From: Azolla caroliniana
Taxonomy: Eukaryota > Plantae > Polypodiophyta
Direction of reading: 5' to 3'
Length of the DNA stretch: 64,000 bases
Assembly (NCBI GenBank): GCA_043228905.1
Contig: JBHGNT010000003.1
Coordinates: forward strand, 14,074,001 to 14,138,000
Shown here: piece by piece, positions 12,639-25,059 of the stretch
How the letters are laid out: every line of letters starts with the position of its first letter
How positions within the stretch are numbered: the stretch's first letter is position 1
Translations under genes and position numbers: made by a program
Notes under the pieces: generated by a model
Told to the model about the DNA's origin: nothing
Databases searched by the model: none
The model's input: only the letters and a program-made list of their open reading frames with translations

Positions 12639-13123
12639 TGTTGTTTAGAAGCAGGGCCGATAGGGGAAACATAAGGGCATGGTCCAATCAGGCCAAGAAA
12701 AGGCTTTAGAGACAACACGAATTGTGCAAACCAAAGCATCCAAGATGACACAAAAGGCGGAATTAGTGGACCGAGACGCATGAATGAGGGTGCAGCCAAT
12801 ACGTGTGGCCGAGATTGTTGTTCCCTTCTTCGGAAGCAACACCTTCGACACGACTCATGGCCGGAGTTACAACAAAAGTATGATCAGATGCTTATAGTAT
12901 CCTATTCTAGCTAGGGGATCTTCCTCTCTCCTCTGTTCGCTCCCTTGTTTTCATTTCTCCTTCACATTTTATAGCTTTTCCTTTCCCCGCTCGGCGTGCT
13001 TTAGTCTTCCATCGTTTTCAGCTGCACATATTGCGGCTGTGTTCATTCGGATGTATGTTTCTTGTTACTTTCCTGAGTACGGTTGCCTTCACCTACTTAT
13101 CCTACCTCCAAATTTGTTTCACG
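12639..13123 (-). repeat. LTR (family X), copy 1
   Basis: Homologous to 21951-22481; minus-strand ends (C/T)GTGAAAC...AAACAACA; minus-strand CTATAAAA near 12975. Confidence 0.65.
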
Positions 13124-13526
13124 CTGTTGAGAATCAAGCTCAACCTAGTCTAGTGTGTGAACACACCCTTGAGAGTGTGCATTCAAAGGTCAAAAATCAC
13201 CACTCTTCTTATCTACAGATTAACTATGTGTCATAGAATCATATTCTATGACACATAGCTAATGAGTTTTCACATTCCCCATGACCCATGAGCTTCGCTA
13301 GTTAATGAAGAGAGAGAGAGACTATATAAAGCACTCTCCTCCTACTTTGTAATCAGGTCGATTAATCTCCTTTGTAATATACATCTTCTTGAGTATTCTA
13401 TTGTCTCTCTAATCTATCTTGTGTTTCTCTCTCACTCTCTCTCTCTCTTTGATACACACACACACTCATAACACATATCTCTAGTCTATTCCGCTGCACA
13501 AGAATCACCATCAACTCTTTACATGG

Positions 13527-16500
13527 TGTGAAAGTGTTTTTAGAATTCAAGGTATTGAAGTCTACAAGAATATAAGGTATGGTGCGTTCACATCCGGAGG
13601 GCAAGATCACAAGCTAAGGTCTTGAGGATAAGTCAAACAAAAAGCAAGTCACGTGGAGAAAAGTAAAAGAAGAAAAAAGCGGGCACCAAAATGCAGTCTA
13701 CAACGAACGCTCATAACTCATTCGTTTGGAAGCCAAATATAATGTGTAAATATGGGTTGGAAAGTTTGTGAAGAGAGCTATCCATAGGTTTTTAAAGCTC
13801 TAAATTTAGAGCTTCTACGAGGGAGATATGACGATTAGAAGATCGTTGTATCATAGCTAAGAATAGGAGATGGAAAAGCTGTAAAAAAAGCGTGGAAAAG
13901 AAAGCAAGCGAAACTTATCTACTAGAGGAGAACTTCATATAAAGCAAGAAGAGTGAGGTGGTGAGAAGAGCTTTTTTCTTGTAGTGTTTTTCTTGCCTAT
14001 TCATGTAGTGCGTTTTTCTAGTGATAAATTCATCCTTGTAGGCTTGAGTTTATGCATCTTCTTTCTCTTGTTTCTATGATCATCACTCCTTATTAATATA
14101 TCTTTGTAGATTTGGGTTTCTATATCTTCCTTCTCTCTCTTTTCTATCATCATATCTCTTTTCATTTTTGGCGCTCCAGGGAGGGTCGATCCTTTCTGTA
14201 TAACGGGAGGAACGGTTGTCCACTAATTGATGGTTGGATCTACCGATTCATCATCAAACTAATGGCACGATATGGAGTTCGCGATGCGACAGATCTACGA
14301 AGAGAACTTTTCCAATTGCGTATGGTTTCACCAATGTGCTACCTCGAGTATGAGAAGACGTTTTTGGATATATGGTCCACTTGGATTGGACTTGTTGGAG
14401 GCGTTGAAGATGTATACTTCAAGATGGAAAGATTCAAAGCAGGGCTAGATCCATATTTTCAATATGAAGTGCATATGAAGTACCCAAGGTCTTTCCATGA
14501 TTTGCTTCGAGTATGTCAAAGTTATGATCAACAATTGAAGAAGTTGTTATTCGGTGAAGCATATGGATTATCGGCGTCATATACCATAAATCCAAGCTAT
14601 AATAATTGTGGATCGGTCATGAGCCAACAACCAGCCTACTTGCAATGTCCGATTCAACAGGTTCCCTCATATCATTATTCTAATTTTTGGAGTTATAATG
14701 ATGTCTATGAAGGTGATTCCAGAGACAATGAAGAAGAGGTGATGAATGTGGAGTCCCCCCATCTAGTTCATGAGGACAACCATGATATAAAGAATGATGA
14801 TGTGAAAGACGAATCTAAGGAGATAGTTATGAGAAGCGATGTTATGGATGGTGATGCCAATGTACATCATGTTGAGGACATTATTGATACAACAAGTGAT
14901 ATGGTGGTTGATGATGAATATGTGCAAGATGAAATGGAAGATATGACAAAAGAAGTTGTTGATGGTGAAGTACCCACAACGAAGTTGCAAGATGAAGAAG
15001 GTAACCTAGAAGTGATAGCTGGAGATTGGCTTTTGGAGATCAATGCGTGTAAGGAAGCATTGGTAAGTGCCAAGTTGCAGTGTATGAAGGTGTTCGTGCA
15101 TGATTTATGTTTTGGATTTGCATTGAGTAGCAACAAAGTTATGTGGGCATCAACTCTTCAACAACAATTTGACCAAGAGCCAAGAGATTTACTTGTAATG
15201 CATGATTGGAGTATCATTAACTTATCACCATCAAAGGATCCACCACAACTAATCAAATGTATAAAGGAGAAGGAATCATCTATCGACATTGGCAAGCAAG
15301 AAGAGGAAAGCATAACAATTGATGAATATTCGTGGGATAGGGAAAACAAATCATTCCACATGGTGTCTAAGGAGGAAGAAGAAGTCATTGAAGAGAAAAG
15401 TATTATCACCCTAAAGGGGAAAAAGAAGATGATTTCAAACGATGTCCAAGGAGAAGAGGATCTAAGGTTTATTTCTCTCTTTTTTAAGTTTACAAAGTTA
15501 TTCATAAATGAGTATTCACAGATAAGAGTAGAAGGCATCAAGCACCACATCAAGTTGGAGAATTTGAAGTTTGTCTCACTTATTGTGGTTGTTCCAAAGG
15601 AGAAAGACGTCAACTTCCAATCCTTGAATGATTCAACCAAACGAGATTTATTTTTGCTTCCTTTTCGAGATGAGATTCTAGATGAAATGGTCATACATAA
15701 AAAACAAGGTAATGTGGAGAATGTGGTGTGCCAAGAAGAAAGCCATGTTGATGAAGCAAAGATTGACATAATTCAAAATATGACAATTCTGACAAGTCTC
15801 GAAGCTTTGAAGGTATTTGTACAAAAGGTTCGCTCGCTCGAAAGATTTATTCATATGTTAACATGCTTACTTCTATCAAGAGTTATGTATCACATAGACC
15901 TACTTCTGTTTGGAAAGTTGATGAAGATATACTAATTGTTGTAACCTCTTTCTTTGTGTTGACAAGGAGAAAGATGGTGATGGCAATTGTCAATGTGTAT
16001 GTGTGTGTGTTTAGAAGTGTGAGGTTTTTCCTATCGACTAGCGGGGGTTTTACTCACATAGTTTGTTTCTTTTCTATTTTTTTTTCTCCTTCTTTGTCTA
16101 TAGCCATGAATAAGGCGAAGGAGAACCTTTAGTTTTATTAGTAGCTTAGGGTTCACCATAAATGGTTCACAAAAAAGCAAGGGGGAGGGCTAAATGTGAA
16201 AGTGTTTTTAGAATTCAAGGTATTGAAGTCTACAAGAATATAAGGTATGGTGCGTTCACATCCGGAGGGCAAGATCACAAGCTAAGGTCTTGAGGATAAG
16301 TCAAACAAAAAGCAAGTCACGTGGAGAAAAGTAAAAGAAGAAAAAAGCGGGCACCAAAATGCAGTCTACAACGAACGCTCATAACTCATTCGTTTGGAAG
16401 CCAAATATAATGTGTAAATATGGGTTGGAAAGTTTGTGAAGAGAGCTATCCATAGGTTTTTAAAGCTCTAAATTTAGAGCTTCTACGAGGGAGATATGAC

Positions 16501-16832
16501 GATTAGAAGATCGTTGTATCATAGCTAAGAATAGGAGATGGAAAAGCTGTAAAAAAAGCGTGGAAAAGAAAGCAAGCGAAACTTATCTACTAGAGGAGAA
16601 CTTCATATAAAGCAAGAAGAGTGAGGTGGTGAGAAGAGCTTTTTTCTTGTGGTGTTTTTCTTGCCTATTCATGTAGTGCGTTTTTCTAGTGATAAATTCA
16701 TCCTTGTAGGCTTGAGTTTATGCATCTTCTTTCTCTTGTTTCTATGATCATCACTCCTTATTAATATATCTTTGTAGATTTGGGTTTCTATATCTTCCTT
16801 CTCTCTCTTTTCTATCATCATATCTCTTTGCA
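13527..16832 (+). mobile_element. Young non-autonomous gypsy-derived element Y; 638-bp LTRs 13527-14164 and 16195-16832
   Basis: TG..CA LTRs with about 2 differences by eye; TSD CATGG; PBS TGGCGCTCCAGGGAGG at 14169; PPT AAGGGGGAGGG before 16195. Confidence 0.95.
14262..15935 (+). CDS. Gag-like protein with acidic linker and fused, deleted RT remnants (557 aa)
   Basis: Uninterrupted ORF; ERFKAGLDPYFQYEV...PRSFHDLL is Gag-like; GIKHHIKL, SLIVVVPK, RDLFLLPFRDEILDEM and VDEAKIDII resemble the RT at 58358-60484; no YxDD. Confidence 0.7.
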   Translation: MARYGVRDATDLRRELFQLRMVSPMCYLEYEKTFLDIWSTWIGLVGGVEDVYFKMERFKAGLDPYFQYEVHMKYPRSFHDLLRVCQSYDQQLKKLLFGEAYGLSASYTINPSYNNCGSVMSQQPAYLQCPIQQVPSYHYSNFWSYNDVYEGDSRDNEEEVMNVESPHLVHEDNHDIKNDDVKDESKEIVMRSDVMDGDANVHHVEDIIDTTSDMVVDDEYVQDEMEDMTKEVVDGEVPTTKLQDEEGNLEVIAGDWLLEINACKEALVSAKLQCMKVFVHDLCFGFALSSNKVMWASTLQQQFDQEPRDLLVMHDWSIINLSPSKDPPQLIKCIKEKESSIDIGKQEEESITIDEYSWDRENKSFHMVSKEEEEVIEEKSIITLKGKKKMISNDVQGEEDLRFISLFFKFTKLFINEYSQIRVEGIKHHIKLENLKFVSLIVVVPKEKDVNFQSLNDSTKRDLFLLPFRDEILDEMVIHKKQGNVENVVCQEESHVDEAKIDIIQNMTILTSLEALKVFVQKVRSLERFIHMLTCLLLSRVMYHIDLLLFGKLMKIY

Positions 16833-16989
16833 CATGGTATCAAAGAAATTTGATAGCTTGATCTCGCCCATCCGCATGTGTTGAGCTCTACGCCGACGTT
16901 CAAGAAGAACTGGCTCATCGCTATCATAATGCGACTACATAGCTCGTATCCAAGAGAGAAGAAGAAGGAAGAAATCTACATCGAACACC

Positions 16990-19900
16990 ATGAATACTCA
17001 AATGGGGAGCGCTCTCCCTAGCAAGAAGTTGTACCAAAACAACCTCACATCTTGGGAGTACAAGATGCATCAATACCTTGTCGGTCAAGGCTGTTGGAGC
17101 TACATCAAAGGAGCACAAGAAAACCGGCCCGACCCGGAAGACGTCGACTATGCAACATGGGAGCAAGCGGCGAGTCGAGTAATGTATTGCTTGGCGACAT
17201 GTGTTCACGACCACATGCTTAGTTAAATTCGAGAAGCCAAGACATCGAAGGAAGCGTGGGAAAATCTACAAAAGATTTTCGCCGCCAACACGACCGCGAG
17301 GGAGCTTCAAGTCCGCCAAGAGTTGAACAACATCCAACAACGGGATATGTCCATCACAAGCTACACCTTGAAGATCAAGGAGCTTTGTGATGTACTTGGC
17401 TCAATAAGCGTCAATGTGGAGGATGACGAAATGGTGCAAATATGCCTCGGCAGTCTTGCACCACGATTCGGAGCGATGCGGACCACCGTCCTAGCAAGGG
17501 AGAATCCTCCCTCTTTCTTCGATCTTCAATCCATGTTTTTGGTTGAAGAAAACCATGTTCGAACAAGGAGCAACACCCCGGAAGGCCACATTCTCTACAC
17601 ATATTCAAATGGAGGAAGAGGACACGACCGAGCAAGAGGCCGATTTGGCCAAGGACGAGGCTGACAAGGTCTGACTTATGACAACAACTCCCAATTTCGG
17701 CAAGAAAACGGAAGCCATCGAGGAACCTTCGGAAGAAGGGGGAGCTTCCATTCCGGTCCGAGCCAACAAAGCTTGATCGAATACAGTTATTGCGGAAAAA
17801 TCGGCCACCATGAAGAAGAGTGCCGAAAGAAGAAGCACGAGTCGGCTTCCACAAGCCGACAACTCACCAATTACGCCACCAACTCTGACTATGAAGATCA
17901 TGGCGGAATTCTTGTAATGAGACATAGAGCAAATTCTATGCTGGCCTTTACTTCGACTAATGCCTCCAATCCGAAAGATGTATGGTTCGTCGACTCCAGT
18001 GCTTCGAACCATATGACGTCCCATCAAGAATGGTTCAAAGACCTTCGAGAGCCGGATCGACTTGGTTATGTCGAGACCGGAGATGACACCACTCATCCGA
18101 TTCGGCATGTCGGCAATGTCCCATTCGGGAAAGAAGGTGAACAAACTTGCATAAAAAATGTCTTACATGTACCCACCATAACGAAGAATTTGGTCTCGGT
18201 CGGCCAAATTGTGGAGCAAGGGATGCAAGTTCAATTCAACCAAGGAGGTTGCTTCATTGACAAGGAAGGCCGACTAATTGCTCATGGTCGAAGGGAAGGC
18301 CGAATGTTTATCCTCGAAGCGAACGAGGTAAAATCGGCCATGTTTGCAAAGGGCCTCAAACCTGACACCGACATAGAGCTATGGCATAAAAGAATCGGCC
18401 ATATCAAATCTCAACAAACTGAAGGCGATGCAATCGAAAGGAGTTGTCATTGGGCTCCCGACCTTCAAAGAGAAAGAGATTGAAGGATTATGTGAAGCAT
18501 GCCAATTCGGCAAGCAACATCGACACCCGTTCCCAAAGGAGAGGAACGTGAGCAAAGGCTTATTGGACATAGTCCAATTGGATGTGTGGGAACCGGCACA
18601 GACGACCACATTTGGAGGATGTCGGTACTATGTTACCTTCATCGACGACTTCTCTAGATACACATGGATCTTTCCCATGAGGATGAAGAGCAAAGTGTTT
18701 ACACACTTCCAAAAATTCAAAAGCGAAGTTGAAAAGACAACTGGCTGCCATGTATGATGTCTTCGGTTGGATGGAGGAAAGGAATACTTCTCCGATGCAT
18801 TCCCGACATAGATTCGACAAGAAGGAATTCGGCGAGAATTCACTTGCCGACACACACCACAATGGAACGGTGTAGCCGAATGCAAGAATCGGCACATCCT
18901 CGAAGTAGCAAGGGCCATGCTAAATGAGAAGCATATGCCCAAGTCATACCTTTGACAAGAAGGAATTCAGCGAGAAATCACTTGCCGATACACACCACAA
19001 CAGAACGGTGTAGCCGAATGCAAGAATCGGCACATCCTCGAAGTAGCAAGGGCCATGCTAAATGAGAAGCATATGCCCAAGTCATACCTTCGACAAGAAG
19101 GAATTCGGCGAGAAATCACTTGCCGATACACACCACAACAGAACGGTGTAGCCAAACACAAGAATCGGAACATTCTTGAAGTAGCAAGGGCCATGCTAAA
19201 TGAGAAGCATATGCCCAAGTCATACCTTCGACAAGAAGGAATTCGGCGAGAATTCATTTGCCGACACACACCGCAACAGAACGGTGTAGCCGAACGCAAG
19301 AATCGGCACATCCTCAAAGTAGCAAGGGTCATGCTAAATGAGAAGCATATGCCCAAGTCATATTGGGCAAAAGCTACAAATACCGTCGTCTACCTCATGA
19401 ACCGGTGCACAACATCCAGAGTGCACGAGGTCACTCCGCACGAGAAATACTATGGGAAGAAGCTGGATCTATACAATGTAAGGATATTCGGCTCCATTGC
19501 ATACGTGCACATTCCCGATGAGAAGTGGCAGAAGCTTGACCCAAAATCAGAGAAATGCATCCTCGTGGGGTACTCACTCGAGCAAAAGGGGTACAAGTGC
19601 GTCAACCTCTCTACTCGTGTAAGTCGGGATGTCGTCTTGGACGAATCGACATCATGGTACAAACCCAAGGCGACTCCTCCCGAGCCATCTACAAACAACC
19701 TCGACAACACAGAAGTCGATGATCAACTAAGGTCAATACTCGAAGAGAGTCCGATCTCAACCAGATTGAGCGGACCACAAGAGCCTCCAAGCAACCAAAG
19801 CACATCTCAGCCAAGTCAAAAGATGGACAAAGGGAAGGCCAAAATGCCGGAATATGAAGACAATCACTTCGACGGCAACGAATCGACTCATTCACTCAAT

Positions 19901-21678
19901 AGTGAGTTCGATGTCTTTGATGTGCGTCTTATGAGGTCATCCGGAGTTGAGAAAGCACTCACATCGGCAAATGAGAAACTTCGTCGCTCAACGCGAGCAA
20001 AGAATCCGGTTAACCGATTCGGCTACAACGACTATATGGCATACCACTATGCCTTTATGATGAAGGTGGCAACAAATCGAGAATTGGAGAGCTTTGCCCA
20101 AGCCGCTAAAGATCCGCGATGGGTTGAAGCGATGAACGAGGAGATGCAATCTCTCATCAAGAATGAGACATGGGATCTCGTCCCTCACTCACTGCACTAG
20201 AAGGCAATCGGTTGCAGATGGATATACAAAGTCAAGTATAATGCCGACGGTTCCGTCAACCGTTACAAAGCTCGACTTGTAGCAAAGGGCTATACACAAA
20301 CACAGGGCGTCGACTATGTAGAGACCTTTACCCCGGTGGCAAAGATGACAACCATGCGAACCGTGATAGCGCTTGCAGCAGCGAAAGGGTGGCACCTCCA
20401 CCAGATGGATGTCAAGAACGCCTTTCTTCAAGGCGAATTAGAAGAGGTGTACATGGTACAACCACCCGGCTTCGAATCCAACATTCATCCGAAAGACGTC
20501 TGCCGACTCAAGAAGCCTCTGTACGGCCTTAAGCAAGAAACACATGCTTGGCACTTGAAGATAACACAATATCTTCATCGAATCGGTTTCTGAATGTCAA
20601 AATCTGACAATTCTCTATACGTAAGAAGCGATTCCAAAAGTCTGATCATCATCATCCTATACGTGGATGATCTAGTCACTAGAGGTGAGCATCTAGTCGA
20701 CATTAACAAGGTCAAGTCCCTCCTCTCCAACAAATTCGAGATGACGGACATGAAAGAGCTCCACTACTTCCTTGGCATCGAGGTAATTCAAACTCCAGCC
20801 GGGATTATGATCTCCCAACGGCACTACATACTGAACTTGTTATACAAGTTCGGGATGACTGAGTGCAAGTCTGTGGCAACACCTCTCGACCGAAAGCTCA
20901 AACTAGATGCCAATTCTGGCACCACAAAGTGTGAGCCAACTCAGTATCGACAACTGATCGGTGGTCTTATCTACCTCACGATCACTCGACCAGACCTGAG
21001 CTATCCGGTCAGCCTTCTTAGCTAGTTCATGCAAATGCCACGAGATATCCATTTGGATTGTGCTAAGAGAGTGCTCTTATACATGAGTGGAACGATGGAC
21101 TATGGCATTCTCTATAAGTCCGTCACGCCAATTCAACTTGAGGGGTACACAGATGCCGACTAGGCAGGCTACAAAGCGGACCAGTGATCAACCTCTGGTT
21201 TCGTCTTCTCCCTCAGAAATGGAGCCATCTCTTGGAGTAGCAAGAAGCAACCAACTATCGCTCTTTTGAGCACAGAGACTGAATACAGGGGTGTGACGGT
21301 GGCTGCATTTGAAGCCGTATGACTCAGGAGGATATATTAAAGGATTTGGGCGTTCCCATCAAAGATCCGATTCTCTTTTACTACAACAACATGAGCAATA
21401 TTTATCTGGCTCGAAACCCAGTGTTCCACCCATGCACAAAACATATCAAAGTTTACCATCATTTCATTCGAGAGCGTGTTCAGGCTGATGATGTCGACCT
21501 TCAATATATCACTACGAATCTTCAGATAGCCGACATCTTCACCAAAGCCCTAGGAGCCAACAAGCTTCAGCAATTCCTATCAGACCTTGGTTTGACGGTC
21601 CTTGACTTGCCAAGCTTGAGGAGGAGTACAAGCGAAAACTGGATACCGTCCGAACCAGATACGAGCCAGATGTACTAG
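16990..21678 (+). pseudogene. Copia A gag-pol polyprotein, disrupted
   Basis: Colinear ORF fragments covering gag, protease, integrase, RT and RNase H. Confidence 0.93.
18813..19364 (+). repeat. Four tandem 138-bp (46-aa) copies within the integrase core
   Basis: Units start at 18813, 18951, 19089 and 19227; consensus LRQEGIRREFTCRHTPQQNGVAERKNRHILEVARAMLNEKHMPKSY. Confidence 0.95.
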
Positions 21679-21950
21679 ATACCATCTGAATTGGATACGA
21701 GCCAAAGCGGAGATCAACCGAAAGTAGCCGACCAAAGTTGAGCTTGAGGGGGCTTGTTGAGAACCAAAGCACTCTCCTCCTACTTTGTAATCAGGTCGAT
21801 TAATCTCCTTTGTAATATACATCCTCTTGAGTATTCTATTGTCTCTCTAATCTATCTTGTGTTTATCTCTCACTCTCACTCACTCTCTCTCATATACACA
21901 CACTCACAACACATATCTCTAGTCTATTCCGCTACACAAGAATCACCATC

Positions 21951-22481
21951 GATAAGGGAAACATAAGGGCATGGTCCAATTAGGCCAAGAGAAGGCTTTA
22001 GAGACAACACGAACTGTGCAAACCAAAGCATCCGAGACGGTACAAAAGGCGGAATTAGTGGACTAAGATGCATGGACGAGGGTGTGTCCAATACGTGTGG
22101 CCGAGAGTGTTGTTCCCTTCTTCGGAAGCAACACCTTCAATTTTCCTTAAGGAAATCGGATCAAGGGTTCGTGATACGCGGTGGAAAAAACAGAATGTGC
22201 ACGAGATTTGCTTTGCAATTAGTGCCGTGTATCGAAATGATCGACGTCACTTAACCGTAGGACACAATCTTAATTCAAGAATCAACTTGTAAGCGTGAAT
22301 AAAAACACAGAATAGAAATAGACCCAAACATCATATCTTTATATTACGAGTGGAGAAACAATGATACACGATTCATGGCCGGAGTTACAACAAAAGTATG
22401 ATCAGATGCTTATAGTATCCTATTCTAGCTAGGGGATCAGATGCCTTCACCTACTTTGCCTACCTCCAAATTCGTTTCACA
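21951..22481 (-). repeat. LTR (family X), copy 2, truncated at 21951
   Basis: Matches 12660-13123 with reciprocal indels of about 230 and 170 bp; starts TGTGAAAC on the minus strand. Confidence 0.7.
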
Positions 22482-25059
22482 CTTAATAGGAAAAAACGAA
22501 CAAAAACAAAGAGTCATAAAATGGCTATGGTACACTCAGTCTTCTGTCAAAATGTCGAAGATGCCTTCGGAGGTTGGGTGCACGGTTGTGTCCTACGTCA
22601 TACCGCCGAGATAGTTGGTTCCAGCTCGTTTTGTTGGGTTTTCTCGGCCGAAACATCAGGCTCGTGGTCGATATTTGTCCTCTTCATGGTTTGGTTGTTG
22701 TGCCATTTTCGTGAAGGCTCATTCAGTTTCCAGCATAAGTAGCAATTGGTCATCATTGAATTCCTAAAGGAGGCTTTCGATTGCTGCGGTGTGCAATTTT
22801 GCCAAGGCTTGGAAGTCCTCGGTAAGTTCTTCTCAGATCATTTGTATACTATTTTCATCCATTTTGTAGAAACCATGACCTTCTTTCTTTCGATTCTTGG
22901 CATCAGCTTGTAACACCTGGAGTTCGGCAACTTGAACCGACATTTCCTTCAAGCCGCGAGCGAGAGTCTCTTCGACCTTCCGGTTGAGCTTCCGGACATG
23001 TTTCCCAACACAATGTTTCCTCGGCCAGTGTGTCGAGCTGGAACATACCGTTGATAGTGTCGATAAGGAAAAATGGTCCCGTGCCGGAACCGAAGTTTTC
23101 CCGGCATTGCCCCTAGCCATATTTGGAACACTAGGACTAGTTGGCCGATTTCGAAAGATTTTTTGGAATCACGACGATGTCAATCTATGAAAGCTTTCTG
23201 TCTCCATTGGCCGTGTCCCAATCGGGCGAAACTAGCGATGCACTCTTCCTTGAGTTCGAGCAGTTGTTCTGACTCGAATTCGGACAATAGTTCGGTTATT
23301 TGCACCCGAAGACTGAAAACTTGGAACTCGATCATCATCACGACTTCTAAGCCAAAAGCCATTCGAAAGGGCATGGACCCAATGCTGGTCTTGAACGTTA
23401 TGCGGTAAGCCTAGAATGCGCTGTGTAATTTGTTGTCCCAATCCATCCGATGCTCGTTCATGATTTTCTTGAGAATAGTCTGTAGTGTCTTGTTAGTGCA
23501 CTCGGCCAACCTATTGGCTTGAGGATAATAGGGAGTGCTTTTCTTGTGAACCACCGTTTAATGGGAGGTTAAATTGCGGATAAGTAGATTGAGAAAGTGT
23601 CCTCCTTGATCGCTCACCAGTTCGATTGGGCATCCAAAACGACACCACAAATATTCATACACGAATTTAGCTATTGACTTGGCCGTGTTGTCGCGGAGTG
23701 CTTTCGTTTCGACCCATTTTGTGCAATAATCGGTCGCCACGATTATATATTTGTTACCTGTACACGTTGCGGGAGGTTTGAATGGGCCTACGAAATCCAA
23801 TCCCTGTTTGGTTGGTGCGACATTCTGTCTTCTTCGCTTGGTTGGCCCATGTGTTGATAGAGATCACATTGTTTGCTGAATTCGTGGGTTTCTTTTTTGG
23901 TGGTAGGCCACCATAATCCGCTTTCCCAAATTTTCTGAGTTGTGGCATCACCCGCATAGTGACCGCCGACAATGTCGTGGTGGGATTCGCGTAGAACTAC
24001 ATCTGTCTCAATTTGTCGTACCACGCGTCTTCAAATGCAGTATGAGCCTTTATGATACAAGGTGCTCGTAAACAGGCAAAAATTACAGCTTTGGACCGCC
24101 AATCGTTTCTTGGCGTCTAACGTTAGATGTTCGGGTGGGAGGCTGGTGCTTAGGAAATATGTCATGTATTCGTGATCAGTAGGCGGGGTTGTAGAGCTAA
24201 GAGTGAACAAGTTGGCGTCAGGTAAGTCATCATATTCCGTTTCGGTTGGTTCCCCGGATTCGAGAGGGCTAAGGTAATCCTCTACTACATGTTGGACCCC
24301 TACTCGATGTTGGATGTCGAAGTCAAATTCTTGAAGAAGAAAAATCCACGGTGCAAATAGACCGGTCAAGGCTTGTTTGTTAACCAGGTACAAAAGTGCC
24401 GAATGATCCATGTGAAAAGTGAATCTCCAGCCGAGCAGATAATGGCAAAATTTCGTGATATTGTAGATCATACCAAGGGTTTCTCGTTCCATGGTAGAGT
24501 AGTTCTTTTCGGCCGTGGAGAGTCGTCGGCTAGCGTAGTATATAGGACGATACCAGTTCGGAGGTGTTTTTTGCATTAGTGCACTTCCGATGGCGATTTC
24601 GGAACCATCCACGAACACATGGAAAGGTTGCGACCAATTCGGTGGTTGTACGACTTGGGCATGCAAGGGCATCACTTTAAAGTAACGATAAGCTCTGTCT
24701 TCCCAATCTGTACATCAAAATTGAATCGTGTGCACCGCGGCGTGCAAAGGCGTTGCGAACACGGTCAGGTAGTGGAGCATGCGACTATGCCATCAAATCT
24801 GTCCCAAAAAGCGGCTAAGAGCTTTTGTCGTAGCTTGGGTTGGAGCATGCAGGATAGCGTGCACCTTATCGGGATCCATGGCTATGCCATCACGACTAAC
24901 GCGCTAAGAGATTGCTAATTCTTCTTCTAGTGTCACAACTTTGATGTGTTGAGAAATTGCCAATTGCCGATCGAGCGCGTCACGGGTGTGTCCTAGCTCC
25001 TTCACGGCTTCTAGGTCTGGTTCACATGGAGCTTCTTGTTCGGCCATGTTGGTGTTGGG
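22482..25059 (-). mobile_element. Deleted gypsy (same family as 48688-64000): RT end, RNase H, integrase, extra-ORF tail
   Basis: FHVFVDGSEIAIG, NYSTMERETLG, DFVGPF, ATDYCTKWVE, SDQGGHF; RT core deleted near 24905; second deletion near 23170 joins integrase to a coiled-coil ORF tail ending ILTED*. Confidence 0.9.

Larger units (their letters stand above)
13125..21950 (+). mobile_element. Ty1/copia element A, full-length but decayed; 5' LTR 13125-13523, truncated 3' LTR 21755-21950
   Basis: PBS TGGTATCA (tRNA-iMet); gag, CGKIGHHEEEC knuckle, protease WFVDSSASNHM, integrase, RT LYVDDL, RNase H in copia order; PPT GAGGGGG at 21746-21752. Confidence 0.95.

Noticed and set aside
14112-14261. Hydrophobic N-terminus of the 607-aa ORF as a signal peptide or Env feature
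   Set aside because: It derives from the pyrimidine-rich LTR end, PBS and leader, starting at TTG; the first ATG is 14262.
18813-19364. Regularly spaced repeats suggestive of a CRISPR array
   Set aside because: Units are contiguous tandem copies of integrase sequence with no unique spacers and no cas genes.
12639-22481. The two X LTRs as ends of one intact element
   Set aside because: No matching TSD (AGACA vs CTTAA), large reciprocal indels and no internal region; the relationship is unresolved.
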